In this document: one piece after another, positions 1 to 7,296 of the stretch
Layout: the number at the start of each line of letters is the position of its first letter
Numbering within the stretch: the stretch's first letter is position 1
Notes under the pieces: generated by a model
The model's input: only the letters and a program-made list of their open reading frames with translations
Database searches by the model: none
What the model was told of the DNA's origin: nothing
IMG/VR virus record: IMGVR_UViG_3300017991_000054
Reading direction: 5' to 3' (one strand)
Source of the DNA: an uncultured virus (IMG/VR IMGVR_UViG_3300017991_000054)
Taxonomy: Duplodnaviria > Heunggongvirae > Uroviricota > Caudoviricetes
Length of the DNA stretch: 20,000 nucleotides
Made by a program: the position numbers and the translations under genes

Positions 1-461
1 ACGTAGGCGATTTTATCCTCTAGTCTTTTCTTCCCCTCGATAAATGGAAACTCACCATGTTCCTCTCGGTGGATACATGATATCATCCGGAGGGTTGGTA
101 CTTCAAACCAAATCACAGATGATAACGGTCCATAAATGTCGACACAGAGACGTCCATCCGGACAAAGATAAGTCTGGATATGATCCCGGTTTGGTTGAAA
201 CATCCTTAGGTGCTCCAGGTAAAAGGGTTCTGTATATCGCAAATCCCAAATCCAATCTAGTTCCATACGATTGAATCGAAGATCACAAAACGCATCTAAT
301 TCCTCATTCAATCTCCCTAGTTTCTTGTCGTTAAAAACGACATCGTCTCCTCTGTCCTTGTATTTAAACCTCGCCATGGCGTTTGGTTGTTTTCGAAGGA
401 TGGCTTGACACATACTAAGGATATACTGGTCCGTGTCCATCAGGCTTTTTATTATTGGCAT
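1..461 (-). CDS. pncB: Nicotinate phosphoribosyltransferase (NAPRTase), N-terminal part; runs off left edge of window
   Basis: Not in the ORF track. Hand translation from ATG at 461 (RBS AAGGAG upstream) stays open to base 1: MPIIKSLMDTDQYILSMCQAILRKQPNAMARFKYKDRGDD...LNEELDAFCDLRFNRMELDWIWDLRYTEPFYLEHLRMFQPNRDHI...GRLCVDIYGPLSSVIWFEVPTLRMISCIH. Collinear with E. coli-type PncB (SLLDTDxYKxxMxQA; RGDD; LRxxxxExxWL; YLxxLRxF; GPxxxVIxxEVPxLxxIS). Confidence 0.9.
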   Translation of the reverse strand, partial: MPIIKSLMDTDQYILSMCQAILRKQPNAMARFKYKDRGDDVVFNDKKLGRLNEELDAFCDLRFNRMELDWIWDLRYTEPFYLEHLRMFQPNRDHIQTYLCPDGRLCVDIYGPLSSVIWFEVPTLRMISCIHREEHGEFPFIEGKKRLEDKIAY

Positions 462-711
462 TCTCGAGCTCCTTGTCCAGTTTGTTTAGCGATTTTAGTA
501 CAGAAGCCATGTGATGTAAGATCATTCGTTGGATATGAATGACCATCCACAGTTCCAATCTCTTTGGTTTTTCCCCTTCCCCTTTTGTCAAAAGGTGATC
601 AATTTCATATTGAAGTCTCGACACCTCTTCCCAGTCTTTTGCGTCAATAAAGATTTTCTGAGCTTCTTTGAGTTGTTCGATCTGACCCATTAGCCACCTC
701 CAGAATCGCAT
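415..711 (-). CDS. Hypothetical helical/coiled-coil protein (98 aa)
   Basis: GGAGG RBS between kinase stop (720) and ATG 711; alternative RBS-supported ATG at 690; fills the gap in the operon; 3' end overlaps pncB start by 47 nt. Confidence 0.7.
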   Translation of the reverse strand: MRFWRWLMGQIEQLKEAQKIFIDAKDWEEVSRLQYEIDHLLTKGEGEKPKRLELWMVIHIQRMILHHMASVLKSLNKLDKELENANNKKPDGHGPVYP

Positions 712-719
712 ACACCCTC

Positions 720-2411
720 CTATTTCATTTTGATGGAGTAGAGCTTTTTCCCTTTATGAAATCGAAGCGCCGCTCCATGTTTGCATAACCTCATATCCGA
801 ATCCAGGTCTTTATCCTCGATCAGCTTGATGGTTGTATCCATCGGATTCTTTGAGAACACTTCCATTTTGTCGTCATGGATTAAGACTACAATTCCCTTC
901 TCCATAGTTACGAAATTTACATTTTGGTCGTCCACGTTAGGAATCACTCGACATACATGTTTAAAGCTATTGTCGAATTTAATAACAATTAAGTCATATT
1001 GATTATCCTTATGACCCAGAACGACGCATACATGGTCGTCATACTTCGCATCCAACACCTTATATCCAGCGAGTTCATCAATACATACATTGACCGCTAT
1101 GGAGTGAGTTTTTCCAGTAACTTCAGGAATTGGAATGAACAAGTATGGGACTCCAAGTAAACTATGATAGATGACGTTTGTAAACACCAAGCTAGATTTT
1201 GGAGCAATATTCCATACGTGAGCTGAAGACACTAGAATTTTATCTCCAATCTCAGAGAACTTGAATTCACACAAATCACCTTCGTGTCTAGTGTACAACG
1301 TGTTGTCAACTACCATGATCTCAGATACAGCTATGGTTGGAGTTGTTATAGGTTTTCCTAACGACTTTAACTTCAACATTCCCTTTTCAATCTTCGCCAG
1401 TATTGGAGTTACGCTTGAGGGTGTAAATACTACATTAACTCCAGTAGATACTGCGTGCTTTGTCAATCCAAGGAATAAATTTTTTGTAGTCCTCGTTACC
1501 TCTCTTTGAAGAGTATATCTGTAAAACAGAATTGGATCTACAAAGTCATTTATGACTCTGATTTCAAAGTTATCAGTTGACGTAACGACAATTATTTTTT
1601 CCTTAACTTCTCCGACTGCACCAGCTGTTGTTGGAGGTGGAATTCGTTTTCCATTTTCAAAAAGTTCAACCATCCAATCTAAGTAGTTCCTGGGAATAAG
1701 TCCGAAATCTCGAACAGCTTTAGGAACTCTTACATCCTTATTGAAAATCGACACAGAATCCATAACTCTTTTCTGCATCTCATTCTTTTTGTACTTGGGA
1801 TGTTTTCCTTTGAAAGGATGAATACCAACATATAACTGACATGCAATAATGGCGAAACTAAACCAGTCTGTCAGTTCAGAAAAATCTTTGCTGGTCCAAT
1901 CTCGAATATTTGGCATGATTGCTGTCGGAGGGAAGGATGGAGTTTTGTAGCAGTTCACATCAATGAAAAATGGTACGTCAAACTTACCAAGTTCCACTAG
2001 AAAATTCAATTCATTCCCATCTACGATGAGACATTTCTTTTGGTGGATGAACGAGGTATCCGCATGAAGACGCTCCACCATTGCGCCAGTCATATCATCT
2101 GTAATTCCATTGTCATTCCTAAAAGTATTTGTAAACATCTTGCATATCGGAACTGTATTTTTCACTTCAGACATCGTAAACCCAACAATCGCATCTCGTT
2201 TGTCAAGTACAATATCCAAAGGACGAAGTATGTTTGGTCTGTTGAGGACTGCAAGTTCCTCAATTTTTGCTTCTGGGATCATACCTGATGGGTTCTCGTA
2301 AATCTTAAATACAACCCCACTACTTGAAAAGATTTTTCCTTCCCCACCCTTAGCGATAAAGTTTCGTTGGGTTAGGTTGACTCCTCCTTTACCTCTAATT
2401 TGATATCGCAT
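720..2411 (-). CDS. Ser/Thr protein kinase, TerY-P/YegI-type N-terminal kinase domain plus beta-rich C-terminal region
   Basis: Gly loop AKGGEGKIF, VFK lysine, catalytic loop IVDGNELNFLV, FIDVNCY (IDxD-like), TDWFSFAIIACQLYVGIHPFKG; directly downstream of PP2C and vWA genes. Confidence 0.9.
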   Translation of the reverse strand: MRYQIRGKGGVNLTQRNFIAKGGEGKIFSSSGVVFKIYENPSGMIPEAKIEELAVLNRPNILRPLDIVLDKRDAIVGFTMSEVKNTVPICKMFTNTFRNDNGITDDMTGAMVERLHADTSFIHQKKCLIVDGNELNFLVELGKFDVPFFIDVNCYKTPSFPPTAIMPNIRDWTSKDFSELTDWFSFAIIACQLYVGIHPFKGKHPKYKKNEMQKRVMDSVSIFNKDVRVPKAVRDFGLIPRNYLDWMVELFENGKRIPPPTTAGAVGEVKEKIIVVTSTDNFEIRVINDFVDPILFYRYTLQREVTRTTKNLFLGLTKHAVSTGVNVVFTPSSVTPILAKIEKGMLKLKSLGKPITTPTIAVSEIMVVDNTLYTRHEGDLCEFKFSEIGDKILVSSAHVWNIAPKSSLVFTNVIYHSLLGVPYLFIPIPEVTGKTHSIAVNVCIDELAGYKVLDAKYDDHVCVVLGHKDNQYDLIVIKFDNSFKHVCRVIPNVDDQNVNFVTMEKGIVVLIHDDKMEVFSKNPMDTTIKLIEDKDLDSDMRLCKHGAALRFHKGKKLYSIKMK

Positions 2412-3256
2412 GACTCATCCTTTCGTAATCGAAACCCACCGATTGAAATGTCGTCTGTATGTACTGCTCCACATTTTTCCAATGTCTTGATCACCTTTCT
2501 AGCTCTTCGAAATAGAAACCGAGCTTTTGGGTTTGTAGTTTTGAATTTGACCAGGTCCCCAATAACATCATAGAGGGTATCACCCAGATGCTCAAAAGAT
2601 GTGATTCCATCTGACGTGATGAGTACTGTTGGGTACTCATACAATGAAACTTCCATTTTAACTGGGAAGGAAGCACTGGTCAAAGGTTGTTCTTCAATAC
2701 CATCCTTCTTCTCTACTACAATTTTTTTCTCCACTCTGAGTCTGAGATACTCAAGCATTCGAGCATGGTCAAGATCGTAAGACAAATAATGGGGCGCATT
2801 CGGATCTAGCTTTGTATCGAAAAATGTCACTTCCCCCTTGTTATCAACAAGGATGACTCCACCATCACCATACATATAGATATGGATTTTGTCATCAATT
2901 CGGTAAGCTACAATCAAGGTAGCATCCAGACATTGTTTGGAAATTCCCAGAACCTTCGTGACAAGAGAGGCTCTATTGATAATCCATTCTCCCATTCTAG
3001 CGTGGTCTGGTTCATATCTGGCAACTTCCATTCTCTTCTCATGTAAGAAAGTGAGAGCTAGTGAACAGAGAATCCTTGAACCAAAATCGGTCATTGGCGC
3101 AGTTGAGCACCCATCCGATAAGATCACCGCGTTTAACTTAGGGTGTGTCAGAATAAAATCCTGACAGATTGGATGACTCTTTCCCCGTTTGAGAAAAGAA
3201 TCCATAGAAACATGTTCATTCAAAATGGTCGTCGCTGCTTCGTGTAAGTCCATCAT
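2372..3256 (-). CDS. PP2C-family (PPM) protein phosphatase, YegK/TerY-P type
   Basis: Motifs GKSHPICQD, ILSDGCST, DFGSRIL, DATL, YGDGGV, ITSDG, TDDISI. The start could be the second ATG at 3253. Confidence 0.88.
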   Translation of the reverse strand: MMDLHEAATTILNEHVSMDSFLKRGKSHPICQDFILTHPKLNAVILSDGCSTAPMTDFGSRILCSLALTFLHEKRMEVARYEPDHARMGEWIINRASLVTKVLGISKQCLDATLIVAYRIDDKIHIYMYGDGGVILVDNKGEVTFFDTKLDPNAPHYLSYDLDHARMLEYLRLRVEKKIVVEKKDGIEEQPLTSASFPVKMEVSLYEYPTVLITSDGITSFEHLGDTLYDVIGDLVKFKTTNPKARFLFRRARKVIKTLEKCGAVHTDDISIGGFRLRKDESCDIKLEVKEEST

Positions 3257-3590
3257 CCTCCTTCTCCTTCCTCATGAATTTTGGATATTCAATCCTCCCT
3301 TCTACACCATCCTGCATTCTGAAGTGACAAAATCTATCGTCATTATAATTACTTCCAAGACCAAGCGTTTCATCTAAATAGCATTCAGATGTGAATTGTG
3401 CGGCGACAGTCCTAACCCCACTCTTGAATCCTATTCTGTATGCTTCATCGCAATTGAAAGTTGGCAAGGATTTCATTACCTTGTCTTTCGCAGTAACAAA
3501 CACCAATGGACCCAAAAATATTACACACACTATCGCAAGAATGATAAGGTGCTTTAATAAATGACTCCATTCGTTAAATTTCTTTGACAT
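3216..3590 (-). CDS. Small protein with one N-terminal transmembrane/signal helix (124 aa)
   Basis: AAAGGAG RBS upstream of ATG 3590; hydrophobic stretch LIILAIVCVIFLGPLVFVTA; no recognised domain. Confidence 0.7.
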   Translation of the reverse strand: MSKKFNEWSHLLKHLIILAIVCVIFLGPLVFVTAKDKVMKSLPTFNCDEAYRIGFKSGVRTVAAQFTSECYLDETLGLGSNYNDDRFCHFRMQDGVEGRIEYPKFMRKEKEDDGLTRSSDDHFE

Positions 3591-3602
3591 GTCAATCTCC
3601 TT

Positions 3603-3633
3603 TGGTCCCCACCAGAGTAGTAGGTGGGGACCA
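3603..3633. promoter_or_regulatory. Perfect 11-bp GC-rich stem-loop in the vWA / membrane-protein intergenic gap
   Basis: TGGTCCCCACC-agagtagta-GGTGGGGACCA; on the minus-strand transcript it is followed directly by AAGGAG (the RBS), not a U tract. Confidence 0.6.
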
Positions 3634-3647
3634 TATCTTCGAGTATA

Positions 3648-4406
3648 TTAGAACGTGAGATTTTGACTTGGTTGCCCACCTCCCAAAGCTTGACTTTGAG
3701 AACTGATGGACTCACTGATAAAATCACCCAGTTTGGCGAGGTTTTCCGGAGTGGCGTCTCCAACGTCGACATACTGGTCCAGCTCCCCCTCCACTTCAAA
3801 TTCAGAGAGGTGTCTTCGTACCGCATCTTTATACGGATCGTTTGGATCATAAAGACCAATCAGGATGACCTTGATTGATTCAAGCTCTTCCATTTTTCGT
3901 GCCTTTCTAATCCTATCCCTTACAGGATGTGGGTCCATGAAAGTACCGGTATTGTTCATACCATCGGTGATCACAAACACGATACCATTACAGGTAATAT
4001 CCTGCGTATCATCCAGGAGCTTGGCGTAGTCTAGGATTGCGGATACTCCATCATAGGTGGCATCGAATAGACATGTAGATCCACCGATTGTTGGCTCCGG
4101 TTTGTACTCATCCGGATCGACATCAATCAACTCTTTGAAACCATGGGATTCTTCAATACGACTCCCGAAGATCACCCTTCTAAGGATGAGTTTCTCAGAT
4201 TTGGGATGTTTCTTACATGCTCCGACAATGTTCTTATTACACTCACATTGTCCATCTCTGTGACCTTCCGTTGATGGACTTACATCATCAACTATAACCG
4301 CCAGAGTATATTCGTCCTCTTGGAGGTCATCGGGCCTTGTTGCTGAGAATTGGAACGCCCCAGGTCCAGCTATTTGCATTGTTTGCATTTCTTTATCTAC
4401 TGTCAC
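3648..4406 (-). CDS. von Willebrand factor A (vWA/MIDAS) domain protein, TerY-like
   Basis: MIDAS DxSxS (DVSPS), GGSTCLFDA, VFVITDGMNN, C-terminal ISESISSQSQAL. Start moved from 4415 to GTG 4406, 7 nt after AGGAGGT. Confidence 0.88.
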   Translation of the reverse strand: MTVDKEMQTMQIAGPGAFQFSATRPDDLQEDEYTLAVIVDDVSPSTEGHRDGQCECNKNIVGACKKHPKSEKLILRRVIFGSRIEESHGFKELIDVDPDEYKPEPTIGGSTCLFDATYDGVSAILDYAKLLDDTQDITCNGIVFVITDGMNNTGTFMDPHPVRDRIRKARKMEELESIKVILIGLYDPNDPYKDAVRRHLSEFEVEGELDQYVDVGDATPENLAKLGDFISESISSQSQALGGGQPSQNLTF

Positions 4407-4418
4407 TAGCACCACCTC

Positions 4419-5276
4419 CTATACCAGGAAATCAACCGTCGTTGAGATTTGTCCACCGCGATCCTTAAACTCTTCCAGGAACTCCTCTCCAAGATTTTCG
4501 AAAGTCGGTACGTCTGAAGTGGCGTCTTCCAACAATACCATTTTTCCGATATATTTTGGATCAGAGAAATTGTCCATCACGTCCCGAACCGTATTGGCGA
4601 AACAATGGCTACGAGCTTCACCTGCCATACCCACAATATCAGCTTGTTCGAGAGCTGTAATCAGAGCATGGTTAAGTCCGGTCATTGGATCTCTCGGGTC
4701 CTCTACTTCCGCCTTTGCAATTGAATAATGCTCAGTGCGATAGTTAGAACCCTTGGCTACATAATCAACAAAACGTTTTCCCTTGATCGCCCACGCAGAT
4801 AATGCATCTTGTATGGGCATCACGAGGTTGGCGCCCCTTGTCCCAATGAGACAATGATAGGGCCAGATACACAAAGGATATCGACCACCCTTTCTTCCGG
4901 TGTTTGGGTCGTCGGTCTCAAGCGAAAGAGTATATTCTTTACCCCATTGTTGTTCTTGTGGAAGGGTAGTTCTCCAAACACCGTCGACCACATCCTTATG
5001 CGTAATAATAGTAAATGGGTCAGGATGCTGACCCTTCGAGTCGAGCCAGTATAGCGGGTGAAAGATCGCCATCGGATGATGTTGGTCAAGGGAAGCAACG
5101 ATCCTTGTAAGACGATTTCCCAATCTCTCAATCATCGCCGCGACTCTTACCATATCATCCCATGCACCTGGTACTAACAACGCCCCGGTCCTTGTGTCAT
5201 CTTTTTGGTTTTGATCATTCAGACCTGGGTTGCAGAAGTCTTCCTGTGCGTCGATTAACAATAGTCTTGCGTCCAT
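4419..5276 (-). CDS. pncA: Nicotinamidase/pyrazinamidase (isochorismatase-like cysteine hydrolase)
   Basis: LLLIDAQEDF (catalytic Asp), GALLVPGA, SLDQH and WPYHC (metal ligands), KGSN (Lys), GEARSHC (catalytic Cys). Start placed at ATG 5276 after AAAGGAG (the track starts at 5297). Co-operonic with pncB. Confidence 0.82.
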   Translation of the reverse strand: MDARLLLIDAQEDFCNPGLNDQNQKDDTRTGALLVPGAWDDMVRVAAMIERLGNRLTRIVASLDQHHPMAIFHPLYWLDSKGQHPDPFTIITHKDVVDGVWRTTLPQEQQWGKEYTLSLETDDPNTGRKGGRYPLCIWPYHCLIGTRGANLVMPIQDALSAWAIKGKRFVDYVAKGSNYRTEHYSIAKAEVEDPRDPMTGLNHALITALEQADIVGMAGEARSHCFANTVRDVMDNFSDPKYIGKMVLLEDATSDVPTFENLGEEFLEEFKDRGGQISTTVDFLV

Positions 5277-5472
5277 ATTTACTCCTTTCTTTCTCATCTA
5301 AGAAGTCTACGTCGTACCACTTTCCTGTCCAAGTACCTCCCATGAATATTTGTAAAACATTGGTGGTTTCCAACCACCTACATTCGTGGTTCATTCAAAG
5401 TGGGAGCCACAGGAATTTCTTAACAACCTTTCTTTCTCCATCGCGCTTGTCCTTTGGCTCTGTCCATTTCAT
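5215..5472 (-). CDS. Small phage-type hypothetical protein with an in-frame TGA at codon 26 (possible selenocysteine/readthrough, or pseudogene)
   Basis: ATG overlaps the ligase stop (TAATG). Translation: MKWTEPKDKRDGERKVVKKFLWLPL*MNHECRWLETTNVLQIFMGGTWTGKWYDVDFLDEKERSKYG...; TGA at 5395-5397; fills the whole ligase-pncA gap. Confidence 0.6.
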
Positions 5473-6581
5473 TATTCATAATCCCTTACAACGATTCCGA
5501 CAGGTTGGAGAGGTATCCCATCATCGCTATACTCTGCGAATCTGACGGTGAGTTGTTCTCCAACAAAACTGTCAAGTTCATCATACATTCTGCGCCGATC
5601 TTCAACTGTCCCACGAGGACGTACATCAAACTCTTTTCCATCCTCAGTTGAGCATCTAAAGACAACACACCCTTCGTCGTTACCTACCCCCTCCTTTCCT
5701 CCGACAATTACAAATTCTGCGTCTTGATATTGTTTGACCTTTTCAAGATCATTTGAGTTGAATTCAAAGAGATAAAACCCATCCATGTTTCTGAGCATTG
5801 CACCTTCGTATCCTGATTGGACACACTTGTCATGAAACGTTTTAGCTTCACCATAGTCATTTACAACCACAGTTGGTACGAGGTGGAGCATTGGATCAAA
5901 AGTATTGTTTCTCATATATCTCTGGAGAAACCGCCACCTTTGTTCGAAGGTGAGACTTGGATCAGCAAGATCGTAAATCCAAAATTGAAGCCGATGCGCA
6001 TCTTCCTTAAGCTCCTTTGTATACGATCCTATCTTTTGCAAGCTCCACCCATGAACATACAACTCTCCATGTAGAATACTGAACTCTGGAAAGATTGTAC
6101 GCAAGGGCCCGTCTAAATGAGCCAACGTCTCAAATAACTGACCACCTCTTGAATGATGTAATACACCACTTTCGGTTATCTCCGAAAGATTACATACCCC
6201 ATTTAACTTAGGTTGGATATATGCAGGAAATTTTATCTTCCCTTTTTTAACACCCTTTGCTAACTGAGGTAACAAGTACGGCGGTTTGAAGGTTTTGGGA
6301 TCAGGAACAAACTCAACATGATTTGAATGTTTCTTCACATTGATTGCTGACTCTGCTTCTGATAATGCTTGTTCTACCGGAGTCGTTTCGTTCGCTTTTC
6401 CGATATTCTTTCCGTTTTTAATAGTTCTTTCATTCTTCTGAATTTTCTTTCCGACTATACCAAACTCTTTTCGAAGGACTGCAGTATCATCAGGATTTTT
6501 GTGAACTGATACGGTCCACTCCTTCACTCGTCCCATTCGGTCCAGAGCATACAGTGTCGGAAATGCTTTGACTTCTTCCAT
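5472..6581 (-). CDS. ATP-dependent DNA ligase family protein (N-terminal WGR-like extension, adenylation domain, OB domain)
   Basis: PQLAK, motif I QPKLNG, HSRGG, HGELY, FWIYDL, GYEGAMLR, LEKVK, OB-fold LTVRF...DGIP...VRDYE; GGAGG RBS. Confidence 0.88.
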   Translation of the reverse strand: MEEVKAFPTLYALDRMGRVKEWTVSVHKNPDDTAVLRKEFGIVGKKIQKNERTIKNGKNIGKANETTPVEQALSEAESAINVKKHSNHVEFVPDPKTFKPPYLLPQLAKGVKKGKIKFPAYIQPKLNGVCNLSEITESGVLHHSRGGQLFETLAHLDGPLRTIFPEFSILHGELYVHGWSLQKIGSYTKELKEDAHRLQFWIYDLADPSLTFEQRWRFLQRYMRNNTFDPMLHLVPTVVVNDYGEAKTFHDKCVQSGYEGAMLRNMDGFYLFEFNSNDLEKVKQYQDAEFVIVGGKEGVGNDEGCVVFRCSTEDGKEFDVRPRGTVEDRRRMYDELDSFVGEQLTVRFAEYSDDGIPLQPVGIVVRDYE

Positions 6582-7296
6582 TAAGCCTCCTATCTTTTCG
6601 ATCGTGAATCACCTGTGTAAATGCAGATGATATTAATCCTGTAGGAACTGCAATTGTACCCATACCAACTACTAGAACCAACGATGTAAATAATCGTCCT
6701 CCTGCAGTAACAGGATAAATATCGCCATACCCAACACTTGTTAATGTTACCATTGCCCACCAGAGACTTTCAGCAACAGACTTAAATATCTCAGGTTGAG
6801 CTGGGTGCTCAAAATAATAGATACCAACCGCAGCGATATAGAGCACAAATATCGTTAGAATTGTAAACGCTATTAGTTCATATATAACCATCCATATAGC
6901 TTCTCCCAAACTACTCAACGCATCAGAATACCGGAGGAACTTCAACATGCGAAACAACCGGAATAATCTGAATACCCTTATGGATCTAATGTCGACGTGA
7001 TGCATCACAATAAAGAATGGAAGGATTGCTAGAAGATCAATAATACCGTGGAAGCTAAATATGAACTTTAATTTACGGTCGGCCACCAGTACTCGCAGGA
7101 CGTATTCGATTGTAAAGATAGTAACCGTAAAAGTCTCAACGTCATATAAGAATAACTTAACAGCTACGTCAAGATTTGGGTCAGTCTCAATTACAAATGC
7201 GATCAGAGAGGTTATAATCAGAGCCTCAATGAGTAGGTCGAATAACTTTCCTGCGATCGTGTCATTCTGCTCCACTACTCTTTTGATCGTCTTCAT
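6490..7296 (-). CDS. Voltage-gated potassium channel (6-TM ion transporter)
   Basis: Selectivity filter TLTSVGYGDIYP, pore helix SLWWAMVT, S4 sensor IRSIRVFRLFRLFRMLKFLR, S2/S3 FTIEYVLR and IIDLLAILPF. Confidence 0.93.
   Translation of the reverse strand: MKTIKRVVEQNDTIAGKLFDLLIEALIITSLIAFVIETDPNLDVAVKLFLYDVETFTVTIFTIEYVLRVLVADRKLKFIFSFHGIIDLLAILPFFIVMHHVDIRSIRVFRLFRLFRMLKFLRYSDALSSLGEAIWMVIYELIAFTILTIFVLYIAAVGIYYFEHPAQPEIFKSVAESLWWAMVTLTSVGYGDIYPVTAGGRLFTSLVLVVGMGTIAVPTGLISSAFTQVIHDRKDRRLNGRSQSISDTVCSGPNGTSEGVDRISSQKS

Noticed and set aside
44..274. 76-aa plus-strand ORF in the track
   Set aside because: Antisense shadow of pncB, which is clearly recognisable on the minus strand.
3603..3633. 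Intrinsic terminator after the vWA gene
   Set aside because: No U tract on the coding (minus) strand; kept only as an unexplained stem-loop.
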